Below, in pieces: positions 51,951 to 60,680 of a stretch of DNA of 64,000 nucleotides. Origin of the DNA: Candidatus Woesearchaeota archaeon (GTDB lineage Archaea > Nanobdellota > Nanobdellia > Woesearchaeales > UBA10216); contig JACPTE010000021.1 in NCBI GenBank assembly GCA_016192945.1, positions 3,989 to 67,988 of the forward strand, written 5' to 3'. A model generated the notes under the pieces. The model was given only the letters and a program-made list of their open reading frames with translations, had not been told where the DNA came from and made no database searches. The translations under genes and the position numbers were made by a program. Every line of letters starts with the position of its first letter. Position 1 is the stretch's first letter.

Positions 51951-51972
51951 CTTGAATTGTTGATTGAATCCA

Positions 51973-52836
51973 ATGTGGCCTGAAATTAGAGTGGGGGATT
52001 TAAAGAAGCTCAATCAGAAAGTATTGCTTGCCGAGTTGTTTCTGATTATAGCCGGAGTCTGGGCTGTGACTTATTTTCCACAGCTTGACAAGCAGCTTTT
52101 TCCATTGAGCAATGGGCCTGGGCCTTTGACTTTTTTGACTGTTGGGCTGCTTTTCACTCTGGTAACCGTTATTATTCTCTATTTATTTTACAGGTCAAAT
52201 AAGCTCTCTCTTTTCTTTTTTATTTCCACAGTTCTGTATAGCGCGTTAATAATCGGAGTGAGATTCATTCTTTCGCCCTTGGGAGTTTATGAATACAACA
52301 AGGTGTCTTCATTCAGCTGTAACTTCGGTGGTTTAGATACTTGGCTGCTTTCTTCAGGATTGGTGTTCATCCTTTACTTTTCTGTTTTCCTTGTATTTTA
52401 CCTGTATTATAGAAGAAAGTCAGGAGAATTATCTGGAGGCAATGTTGAACAGGGCTTTTTTAAGAGGCATTCTACCATGAGCCTGTTGCTGGTTGTAGGG
52501 CTTCTTGTCCTGATGGGGGCTGTTGTGTTCTTTCCGATAATACTGCTTCCATTTTTGTTTATAGTCTTGTTGGGTGGTGTGATGGAGTATATGCTCGTAG
52601 TGATGTCGGTTTCAACCGGGCTGTTTATCTCTTTGTCTTTGCTTGGCGCTATTCTTTTCCTGAGGGCGGCTTATAAGGATGCGGCAAATCAGGCAGCTAT
52701 TATTAAGGATGCTGGCATTTTGACAGGGTTTTTCTGGATTGGGGCCTCTCTGTTGGCTATTTATTCTGGGCTGTGGGTTTTGTATATGCTGACTATTGTA
52801 TCTCTTTGGCCCCTTAAGACATTCTGTGGAAAATGA
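51973..52836 (+). CDS. Polytopic membrane protein of unknown function (first gene of the UbiA/GGPPS operon)
   Basis: ~8 hydrophobic helices. The stop overlaps the UbiA ATG (ATGA). The track start 51964 is a TTG. No family recognised. Confidence 0.5.
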   Translation: MWPEIRVGDLKKLNQKVLLAELFLIIAGVWAVTYFPQLDKQLFPLSNGPGPLTFLTVGLLFTLVTVIILYLFYRSNKLSLFFFISTVLYSALIIGVRFILSPLGVYEYNKVSSFSCNFGGLDTWLLSSGLVFILYFSVFLVFYLYYRRKSGELSGGNVEQGFFKRHSTMSLLLVVGLLVLMGAVVFFPIILLPFLFIVLLGGVMEYMLVVMSVSTGLFISLSLLGAILFLRAAYKDAANQAAIIKDAGILTGFFWIGASLLAIYSGLWVLYMLTIVSLWPLKTFCGK

Positions 52837-53813
52837 TTAAGCACTTGAGGCTTTATTTTGTAATGCTCCGTTACCGTGTTGCATTGATGCTCCTGATATT
52901 CATGTTTATTGGGGTGGCTATGCATAATAATTTTTCAACTTTCAGTTATAAGTACTTGTTGGCATCTTTGTCCCTGTTATCAGGGTATGTTGCTGCCACT
53001 ACTGTCAATGATGTTGCAGACAGGAGAATTGACAAGATAAATCATCCAGGCAATAAGGGAAGGCCTCTTGTAACTGGTGAGGCTTCATCAAAGGAGCTGT
53101 ATGAGCTTAATGTGGCTGCTGCTTTGCTCTCCCTTCTATTGGCCTTTTTGGTGAATGTGACTGCCCTCCTGGTTGCTGTAGGCTCATTAGTAATATGCTA
53201 CATTTATTCCATGAGCCCTTTCAAGTTATCACACAGGACTCATTGGGCTCATTTAATCCTTACAATAGCTTATGTGGCTGTTCCTTATGGTATGGGGGTC
53301 GTAGCATCAGGCTCGTCGTTTGGATTGTCCGATGCCCTGATGGTTGCCCCTTTGATGCTCTTGTTCTTTGGCAGGATATTGATGAAGGATTTCAGGGATA
53401 GGGCAGGGGATTCCAAGTATCATAAGCCAACTTTTTTGCTGGTGTATGGAAAAAATGCCACTTGTATTATTGGGACTCTGTTTGTCATTATTGGAAACAT
53501 TCTTCTTTTCTTTGCTTTAAGGCAGGAAAATTTTTGGGTTCTGCTGTTTCTTCAGGCTTATTTTCTTTCAATCTATCTTATGGGTTTCAGGTTGTGGAGG
53601 GCTGAAAGCTACAATTTGGAGCAGGAATCAATTGGTATTGGGGCGAAGATGGGCAATGGGCTGTTATTATCCCTGCTTGCATTGCTTATGTTGAGGAACC
53701 AGCCTGTGAGTAGCTTGATTTTAGTTGAAGGGCTTATCGCAATTGGTTTCCTTGCCAGCTTCATTCTCCTGTTAAGGAATCCTGAATATGCTGCCGGGGG
53801 CTATAAGGGTTGA
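52833..53813 (+). CDS. UbiA-family prenyltransferase (DGGGP-synthase-like)
   Basis: TVNDVADRRIDKINHPGNKGRPLVTGE (NDxxDxxxD) and KDFRDRAGDSKY (second Asp-rich motif). ~8 TM helices. Confidence 0.75.
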   Translation: MIKHLRLYFVMLRYRVALMLLIFMFIGVAMHNNFSTFSYKYLLASLSLLSGYVAATTVNDVADRRIDKINHPGNKGRPLVTGEASSKELYELNVAAALLSLLLAFLVNVTALLVAVGSLVICYIYSMSPFKLSHRTHWAHLILTIAYVAVPYGMGVVASGSSFGLSDALMVAPLMLLFFGRILMKDFRDRAGDSKYHKPTFLLVYGKNATCIIGTLFVIIGNILLFFALRQENFWVLLFLQAYFLSIYLMGFRLWRAESYNLEQESIGIGAKMGNGLLLSLLALLMLRNQPVSSLILVEGLIAIGFLASFILLLRNPEYAAGGYKG

Positions 53814-54850
53814 AAGGGTATTTCAACAAGGTTGTGCCGTTGATTGAGGCTGAGATAAACAGGTTTCTGCCTGTTGACGCTTCAGATTCTTGGGTCAGGT
53901 ATATTGCTGGCGGTTATGGGCTTGATAAATCCATTGTGAGTCGGGCTTTCAGCGAGCCTTTTCATGAGCTGTTTGGGAGGGGCGGCAAGAGGTTGAGGCC
54001 TGTTCTGGCTTGCCTTACGCATGACGCACTTGATGGCAGTTGCCCTGTTATTTACAGGCTTGCAGCAATCCCTGAGCTGATGCATACCGGCTCGCTGATA
54101 ATAGATGACATAGAGGACAGGTCATCATTAAGGCGAGGGAAGAGGGCTATCCATGAGATGTATGGTACAGCACTGTCAATAAACCACGGCAATTTCCTGT
54201 ATTTTTATCCCATGCTTGCAATCAGGGATTGCGGGCTGGCTGTTCAGGTTAGGGAAAAGTTGTATGAGGTGGTTGCTGAGGAGTCTGTAAGGCTTCACGT
54301 TGGGCAGGGTGCTGACATTTATTGGAGCGGGAACAGGTCTTATGATGTTTCTGTTGGGGATTACCTGCAGATGTGCGCATTGAAGTCAGGCTCAATGGTT
54401 TCGCTCTCCATGAAGATAGGCGCTATAGCTGCAGACGCGCAGGATGATGTTCTGGTTAAATTGGGTAGTATTGCGGGCTCCCTGGGTGTTGCCTTCCAGG
54501 TGAGGGATGATGTCCTTAACCTGAGTTCTTCCAGGGGTTTGGGCAAGGATTTCGGAGAGGACATCACTGAGGGAAAGTTGACGTATCCTGTAATACACGC
54601 CCTTTCAAGCGCCAGCGCCTCTGGCAGGGCGAGCCTGTTAAAAATCCTTGCAGCAGGAACAAAGGACGCCAGCAGGATAAGGGATGCGGTTTCCATAATG
54701 GAGGATTGCGGCGCCTTTGCTGCTGCTGACAGGCTCTCAAGGGGCCTGATAAGGGATGCTAAGTCTGTTGCAGGCGAGGTTTTTCACGACTCTGAATTCA
54801 GGGGCGTGCTTATGCAGGTTCTTGATTATTCTGTTGAAAGGGAAAATTAG
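53810..54850 (+). CDS. Polyprenyl (geranylgeranyl) diphosphate synthase
   Basis: LIIDDIEDRSSLRRG (first DDxxD) and FQVRDDVLN (second Asp-rich motif, DDxxN here). TTG start overlapping the UbiA stop. Confidence 0.8.
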   Translation: MKGYFNKVVPLIEAEINRFLPVDASDSWVRYIAGGYGLDKSIVSRAFSEPFHELFGRGGKRLRPVLACLTHDALDGSCPVIYRLAAIPELMHTGSLIIDDIEDRSSLRRGKRAIHEMYGTALSINHGNFLYFYPMLAIRDCGLAVQVREKLYEVVAEESVRLHVGQGADIYWSGNRSYDVSVGDYLQMCALKSGSMVSLSMKIGAIAADAQDDVLVKLGSIAGSLGVAFQVRDDVLNLSSSRGLGKDFGEDITEGKLTYPVIHALSSASASGRASLLKILAAGTKDASRIRDAVSIMEDCGAFAAADRLSRGLIRDAKSVAGEVFHDSEFRGVLMQVLDYSVEREN

Positions 54851-54870
54851 GTTTACGAAGTATGGCTGTT

Positions 54871-56481
54871 TTACCTTCCCCCTCCGCCCCCGCCGCCAAA
54901 TCCCCCACCCCCTCCTCCGCCAAATCCGCCTCCACTGCCGCTTGAGGATGGCATGTAGATTGCAGCGGCTGCAGCCATGTTAACCCCTGAAATGGTTTCG
55001 TATTGTTCTGGGTTGATTATCTTGAGCTCTTTCATGGATTTCAGGAGGTTTCCTGCAGCTCCCAAGGCAGTTGCATACGCAATCCACTGCCTCCATTGGC
55101 GATAGTCTTCCTTGAGGTAGCGCTGTATTTGCGCATAATCAGTCAGCATCTGCTTGAATGACAGCCATTCCAGATATTCGCGGTGCTGCCCTGGCTTGAA
55201 TCTTGAAAAAACAGACGGCGGTATCAATAAATTTGCCAGGAACATGACGAATGAATTAACAACAATCAGGACTATGAAAAAAGAAACCGAAAATATGTTG
55301 CCTATTATGCCTACTATAACCCATATGATAAAAACAGTGGAAAAAACCAGTGTGCTTCCAAAGCCTTCATAATTGTCCTTGTAGATTTTTTTGACATCGC
55401 TGCTTCCCATAAACGTTCCCATTTCTCCATAATGCCTTGTCGGGTCAAACTCATACGCTGAATAGGTTTTTGTTTCCTCCCTCTTTTCCTTCATCAGGAC
55501 ATGGAGCAGCTTATCCTCAGTGGCTGTTGGCGTTTCCTTCGGGTTCTTCTGGACAGTTACAATAAGCTTCTTCTTGAACAGGGATTTTTCAACTTCAACA
55601 GTTGCTATTCCCTTGATGTACAATGAGAGGATTATTGAGCCTAGTCCTTCATTTGAAAGCCTTGGCTTTCCGTTAACTATTATATCAGCCTCCCAGGGCT
55701 CTCTTTTTTGGTTGGGCACTGTGTGCAGGTAGTGTGGCACAACGTCTTCAGGGTCCCTGCCCCATATGAAATAAGCGATTAATGGAAAAAGCATGAATAG
55801 GACAGGAATTATGAAAATAAGGTACGATCCGCCTTTAATGTCCCCGCTTCTCGTATCAATTGACACCCGCGTATTTGCCAAAATCAGGAATCTTGAAGAG
55901 CTTTTTTCTGTTCCCCTGGCTTCAAGGCTTATTATTGGCGGATGATTGTTAGAGAACAGGGAATGCTGGTAATTGTTGAGTATGACAGTGTCCGTGGATA
56001 CAATGTATGTCACGTTAAATTCTTCAGTGGTTCCTGCAAATCCGCCTGAATAGCAGCCTACTTCATTGGATTTAATTCTTCTTTCAATATCCAAGTCGTC
56101 TAAATACAGCTTTTCTTTCGTGTCAGGCTCACGCAGCCCTTCGAGTCCGTTAATGTAGGGTTTGGAGTGGGCGCATTGGACAGATTGTATCCTTATTTGA
56201 CAGACAGACAGGCATATCGGCTCATAAAAGCTTCTATAAAGAACCCGAAAGCTATCAAAAACTGAAACTGTCTGTACAAACTGCTCTGTTACTTTCAGCC
56301 CGTCAGGCGCTTTCACATAGCTTGTGGATATGCTTTCATATCTTGAGCCGCCAATCAGTCCAAAAGCCATTCCAAAGGCAATGGCATTGACAGTGATAAG
56401 AAGCCCCACGACAAAAAAAACAGCAGCTTTTTCGTGCTCTCCAAACCAGTCCCGAAGGCCCATGCGTGTAAAATGATGCAA
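54871..56481 (-). CDS. DUF2207-family membrane protein
   Basis: N-terminal TM helix, extracellular domain, 3 TM helices and a Gly-rich tail SGSGGGFGGGGGGGFGGGGGGGR. This is the usual LemA-neighbour family. Confidence 0.65.
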   Translation of the reverse strand: MHHFTRMGLRDWFGEHEKAAVFFVVGLLITVNAIAFGMAFGLIGGSRYESISTSYVKAPDGLKVTEQFVQTVSVFDSFRVLYRSFYEPICLSVCQIRIQSVQCAHSKPYINGLEGLREPDTKEKLYLDDLDIERRIKSNEVGCYSGGFAGTTEEFNVTYIVSTDTVILNNYQHSLFSNNHPPIISLEARGTEKSSSRFLILANTRVSIDTRSGDIKGGSYLIFIIPVLFMLFPLIAYFIWGRDPEDVVPHYLHTVPNQKREPWEADIIVNGKPRLSNEGLGSIILSLYIKGIATVEVEKSLFKKKLIVTVQKNPKETPTATEDKLLHVLMKEKREETKTYSAYEFDPTRHYGEMGTFMGSSDVKKIYKDNYEGFGSTLVFSTVFIIWVIVGIIGNIFSVSFFIVLIVVNSFVMFLANLLIPPSVFSRFKPGQHREYLEWLSFKQMLTDYAQIQRYLKEDYRQWRQWIAYATALGAAGNLLKSMKELKIINPEQYETISGVNMAAAAAIYMPSSSGSGGGFGGGGGGGFGGGGGGGR

Positions 56482-56483
56482 AT

Positions 56484-56493
56484 GTTTAAATAC
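56484..56493 (+). promoter_or_regulatory. TATA-like box for lemA-like gene
   Basis: GTTTAAATAC centred ~26.5 nt upstream of ATG 56515. Confidence 0.4.
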
Positions 56494-56514
56494 TTATTGA
56501 AAAAAAGGGGTTGC

Positions 56515-57078
56515 ATGGTAATAGGCCTGATTTTGGCTGGAGTTGGAGTTGTTCTTGTAGGCGTTTATGCCATGGCTACATATAACAGGTTCATTAACCT
56601 GCGTAATGGCATTGAAAGCTCATTTAACCAGATAAATGTCGCTCTTAAGAAGCGCCTTGACCTGATTGGGGAGGTTGTGGATTCTACCAAGGGGATAATG
56701 AAGTTTGAGAAGGGCACGCTTACAGAGATAACAAAGCTGAGGGGACAGGCAGCTGGCAATTTAACCCCTGAGCTTGCAGCAAAGCTTTCCAATGCGACAG
56801 GCAGGATAGCCGGTGCCATATCAGTCCAGGTTGAGGCTTATCCCAAGCTTTCAAGCAATGAGAATGTAAAGCAGCTAGTTGACTCTCTTCAGGAGGTTGA
56901 GCAGCAGATAGCCCAGCTCCGCTACACATATAACAACACAGTGCAGGAGTTCAACACCAGCAGGGAGATGTTTCCAAGCAGCATTATTGCAGGCATGTTC
57001 GGGTTTTCTAAGAATTCATATCTGCAGATGAAAGAGCCGCAGGAATCGCTTGAGAAAAGGCCTGATACCAGCATATAG
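56515..57078 (+). CDS. LemA family protein
   Basis: MVIGLILAGVGVVLVGVYAMATYNRFINLRNGIESSFNQINVALKKRLDLI... is the LemA N-terminal TM + YNxL pattern. The track start 56434 overlaps the divergent gene. Confidence 0.8.
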   Translation: MVIGLILAGVGVVLVGVYAMATYNRFINLRNGIESSFNQINVALKKRLDLIGEVVDSTKGIMKFEKGTLTEITKLRGQAAGNLTPELAAKLSNATGRIAGAISVQVEAYPKLSSNENVKQLVDSLQEVEQQIAQLRYTYNNTVQEFNTSREMFPSSIIAGMFGFSKNSYLQMKEPQESLEKRPDTSI

Positions 57079-57097
57079 TGGCTGTGAATATGGAACA

Positions 57098-57107
57098 TTT
57101 TATAAAT
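57098..57107 (+). promoter_or_regulatory. TATA-like box for the 57129 gene
   Basis: TTTTATAAAT centred ~26.5 nt upstream of ATG 57129. Confidence 0.4.
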
Positions 57108-57128
57108 CTCCGCAATTCTTCCTGACGT

Positions 57129-58742
57129 ATGGGGAATAGGGACTTTATTTTTCCTGTTGTTTTGTTTTTGGTGGCCTTTTTTGTTTGGACGCTGCCTATT
57201 CAGGTTAGCCATCTCCCTTTTGGAGAGGGCGACGCTGCCTGGCATTTCGGGATTGGCGATTTCATTGCCTCGCATGACCGCTCTATTGCCTTGCTTCCCT
57301 CTTACATAGGCTACTGGTATTACCTTTTCAATCCGGTTCTGGGGCCTAATGCGCTTGAGTATCCGCCTTCAAACCACGTGAACTACGCATTTATGGAGCT
57401 TTTCACAGGAGACAGGTTTGTCTCTGTCTACATTTACAAGGCAGTCACTTCATTCCTCGGGGTTTTTGCAGTTTATTTCCTGGTTTCAAGGCTGTATGGC
57501 GCATGGCCTGGCTTCCTTGCTGGCTTTGGCATGGCTTTTTCATCAAGGGAAATGCTTACTTATCTGTGGGGCCAGCAGCCTACGCTTCTCAGCATCTCGC
57601 TTGTTCCTGTGGCGCTTTACGCTTTCTATTCTTATCTTGTTTCTGCATTTGAGGGCAGGGCAAAGAACATTTATCTTTACATGGCATCGTTTTTGCTCAT
57701 ATCCCAGTATCTGCTTCACATACAGGGTGTTATAGTGTCATTGACGCTGATGGGGGTTTTTGCATTGCTTATGCTGGTGAGGCACAGGAGGTTCCCTGTA
57801 ATTGCGCTGAGCCCTGTCCACATTGCTGTTTGCGCTGCCCTGATGGCTGTTGTTGCCGTGCAGTTCTTCAGCATCTATTTCGGCACTCAGCTTGATGTTG
57901 GAACTTCAGGGGGCAGCCCTGGAAGGCTTTTCAGCTGGGGCATTGACCCTAAGCTTCAGGAGGGCTCTTATCCTGAATTTTATTTTTCATTCGCCCATAA
58001 TTACGGAAGCATTGGCATTGCATTGCCTCGTATAGGTGATGTGCTGCCCCTCATGCCCTTCATACTTCTTGGAATTACCTTCGCGGTTCTAAGAAGGAAG
58101 AGCCAGGATTTGCTTCTTTTAAGCTGGCTGATTGGAGTTTACATAACCCTTCATCTTGATGTGTTCCTTGGCACAAGCATCCCGAGGGTTGCCAGGATGC
58201 TTGTTGTTGAGTCTCAGCTGTTTTTTGCATTGGCAGCTGTCGGGGCTTTCTACCTGCCCAGCATCATTAAGCTGAATCTTGACAGGCAGCTTATGAAGCT
58301 TGGCATGTCTGTTTTGCTTATCGCTGCAATAGCCCTGACTATTGGTGTGGGCAGCTATGGCTTTATGAAGGGCTCATACTCTGAGCTGATGCGCATCTCC
58401 CCGGCGGAGATAGAGGCCTCTGGCTGGATGGCAGCTAATCTTCCTGATGATTCGGTTATCTACAATCTCGGAACTATTTCGTATCCTAAGATGAGGTTTA
58501 TGCACGTGCTTTCTCAGCGCTACATGAACAACAAGCCTGAGGGGTTTGCCCTTGCCAATTCCAACATAACCCTCATACCTACGCATTATGTTTTTGATTA
58601 TTCTGATTTGGCAAGGTTCAGCTCTGACCCGAAGGCGTCCAGGATGATTTCGGAATTGGAAGGCATGGAGAAGAATTTCAGCGGCACGAGGATTTATGAC
58701 AGGAACAATATAAGGATTTACAGGGTGGGTAGGAATGCTTAA
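57129..58742 (+). CDS. GT-C-like polytopic membrane glycosyltransferase candidate (PMT-like first loop)
   Basis: First loop GEGDAAWHFGIGDF resembles the PMT D-E..HFG loop. ~12 TM helices and a C-terminal soluble domain. Confidence 0.45.
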   Translation: MGNRDFIFPVVLFLVAFFVWTLPIQVSHLPFGEGDAAWHFGIGDFIASHDRSIALLPSYIGYWYYLFNPVLGPNALEYPPSNHVNYAFMELFTGDRFVSVYIYKAVTSFLGVFAVYFLVSRLYGAWPGFLAGFGMAFSSREMLTYLWGQQPTLLSISLVPVALYAFYSYLVSAFEGRAKNIYLYMASFLLISQYLLHIQGVIVSLTLMGVFALLMLVRHRRFPVIALSPVHIAVCAALMAVVAVQFFSIYFGTQLDVGTSGGSPGRLFSWGIDPKLQEGSYPEFYFSFAHNYGSIGIALPRIGDVLPLMPFILLGITFAVLRRKSQDLLLLSWLIGVYITLHLDVFLGTSIPRVARMLVVESQLFFALAAVGAFYLPSIIKLNLDRQLMKLGMSVLLIAAIALTIGVGSYGFMKGSYSELMRISPAEIEASGWMAANLPDDSVIYNLGTISYPKMRFMHVLSQRYMNNKPEGFALANSNITLIPTHYVFDYSDLARFSSDPKASRMISELEGMEKNFSGTRIYDRNNIRIYRVGRNA

Positions 58743-59064
58743 AAGCGAGTATCTTTACGCCTGCATTTCCGTATTCGCTGCCCTTATGCTGGCCTTTTTG
58801 CTTTTCAGCACAACAGGAGTCCTGGCTTTGGCTGCAATTGCCCTTTTGTTTTTTGTCCCTGCCTTTGCCATTGTTTCCAATTTTGAGCTCGGCCTGGATG
58901 AAAAGCTGGTTTTCTCATTTTTCATAGGGATAGGGGTTTTCCCCCTGCTTGCATGGTATGTCAACAAGATTGTTCCCTCGCTCAGGGTGTCTGCTGTGGC
59001 TGTGGCTGCCCTGGCTGTTGCTGCAGGATTTTTGCTTTGGCTCGGGAGGAGGCGCACGAAGTGA
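58735..59064 (+). CDS. Small 4-TM membrane protein
   Basis: 109 aa, entirely hydrophobic helices. Its ATG overlaps the end of the upstream gene, and its stop overlaps the next GTG. Confidence 0.45.
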   Translation: MLKSEYLYACISVFAALMLAFLLFSTTGVLALAAIALLFFVPAFAIVSNFELGLDEKLVFSFFIGIGVFPLLAWYVNKIVPSLRVSAVAVAALAVAAGFLLWLGRRRTK

Positions 59065-60017
59065 AAAAAGGCATACTGCTGTATCTGGTCGGGTTTGCTG
59101 TTTTTTTCTACCTGCTTACAAGGATAAACATTGGAGAGACTGTAAGGATAATCATTGATTCCAACAAGCTGTTCATCCTGCTGGCAGCCATTCTGGTCCT
59201 TGTTATTCCATTCCTGGAGGCCTTGAGGTGGAGATTCATAATGAGACAGCTTGATTTTGATTACAGCTTCAGGGATGTTTTTTCCATGCTCGCCTCCTCG
59301 CTTTACATAGGGTTTGTAACTCCTGCAAGGCTTGGGGAGTTTGCTAGGGTTTCTTTTTTCAGGGGCAGGAGCCTCGGGGCTTCTTTCTTCAGCGTTTTTA
59401 TGGACCGGTTTTCAGACCTGATTTTCATTGCCGGAGTGGGATACATAGGCATGTTCTTTTTTGTGAGCGCCCTTGGCCAGCAGATTTTCTGGGTTTCTGT
59501 TGCAATCATCGGGAGCTTCCTTTTTGCTGCCATTGCAGTCCTGAGGAGGGATTTCGTGAGGCTGTTCCTCAGTTTTGTCTTTCACAGGATTATCCCTGAG
59601 AAGTTCAAGCCAGAATTGAAGACGATTTTCTATGATTTTTACAGGAGCTTCTTTCGCCTGCTGAACTTCAGGTCTGTGCTGGTGATTCTGGCGCTGACTA
59701 TCCTCTCATGGCTGCTTTATTATGCTGCTGTTTACCTGCTTGCCCTGGCGATAGGGATAAACATCTCTTTCATTCACATGGCCACTGTTGTAAGCGTTGC
59801 CAGCTTCTTGTCAATTCTTCCAATAAGCATCTCTGGGATTGGGACCAGGGATGCGGCGTTTGTGTTCTTTTTTGGGCTTCTCAGCCTGAAAAGCGAGTTT
59901 GCAATAGCACTCTCAACATTAGTCCTTATCCTTATGGTGCTTGTTGCTGTTTGCTGCTTCCCGTTTTACTTAATGAAGCCTGTCAATTTCCTTTTCTTCC
60001 AGGAGAAGGATAGATGA
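59061..60017 (+). CDS. UPF0104 / LPG-synthase-TM (flippase-like) membrane protein, second copy
   Basis: ...LEALRWRFIM...YIGFVTPARLGEFARVSFF... (P-x-R-x-GE motif). GTG 59061 preferred; the track start 58953 lies inside the previous ORF. Confidence 0.6.
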   Translation: MKKGILLYLVGFAVFFYLLTRINIGETVRIIIDSNKLFILLAAILVLVIPFLEALRWRFIMRQLDFDYSFRDVFSMLASSLYIGFVTPARLGEFARVSFFRGRSLGASFFSVFMDRFSDLIFIAGVGYIGMFFFVSALGQQIFWVSVAIIGSFLFAAIAVLRRDFVRLFLSFVFHRIIPEKFKPELKTIFYDFYRSFFRLLNFRSVLVILALTILSWLLYYAAVYLLALAIGINISFIHMATVVSVASFLSILPISISGIGTRDAAFVFFFGLLSLKSEFAIALSTLVLILMVLVAVCCFPFYLMKPVNFLFFQEKDR

Positions 60018-60026
60018 GGGATTAGT

Positions 60027-60073
60027 GATAAAAATGTATACTTTTATCCGTGATTTATGGATAAAAATGTATA
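60027..60073. repeat. Two copies of a 14-nt direct repeat plus an 8-bp inverted repeat at the border of the A/T-rich island
   Basis: GATAAAAATGTATA at 60027-60040 and 60060-60073. TTTTATCC / GGATAAAA lies between them. Confidence 0.5.
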
Positions 60074-60188
60074 TTTGGGTTGGCAGCTTCAAGAAGGTTG
60101 ATGAGTCAATAAGTTGTTCTTTTTTACACGAATAATCTTATGTGACATCTATGTAAAAAATTAGTCTCCTAATTCAGCAATATCACTT

Positions 60189-60680
60189 TTAGAATTTCCA
60201 CCTTTCTGCCCTGAATAATTCTACAATATCTATGGCTTCAATTGATTTCTGGGAACAGACATAGGGGATTTTTACTTGAGTTCCTCTTAGTTTTTCTTCT
60301 GTGACCACTATTCTTTTGATGGTAAGTATCGTCTTTTGTGGTCTTGAAGATAGTTCTATTGCCAAAGCTATGACCCAAGGATCTGCATCATATTTTCTTT
60401 CTGTATCAATTAAAGAAGGATAATCTTTAAGGATTTCCTGCACAAGTTCAATCTGCCTTAGTGTGGGTGCTTTAAACATCTTTTTTTGTGTTTTTGCCCA
60501 TTTGCTTAGCATATCGTCATTCTGATTTATCTCATTATGGACTTCTCTTGGAGCGATTAGGCGGTTATTATCTACAAGAAACTTCAATTTGTCCCAAATA
60601 CTTGGAAATACATCGATTGGGTTATTCCTGTTCAACTTCACTAAGGAGGAAGTATCTATGATGTACATATTATCCGTCAT
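60189..60680 (-). CDS. DUF4411 (PIN-like nuclease fold) protein
   Basis: MYIIDTSSLVKL...NRLIAPREVHNEI...DADPWVIALA matches my recollection of DUF4411. The ATG overlaps the upstream stop (ATGA). Confidence 0.6.
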   Translation of the reverse strand: MTDNMYIIDTSSLVKLNRNNPIDVFPSIWDKLKFLVDNNRLIAPREVHNEINQNDDMLSKWAKTQKKMFKAPTLRQIELVQEILKDYPSLIDTERKYDADPWVIALAIELSSRPQKTILTIKRIVVTEEKLRGTQVKIPYVCSQKSIEAIDIVELFRAERWKF

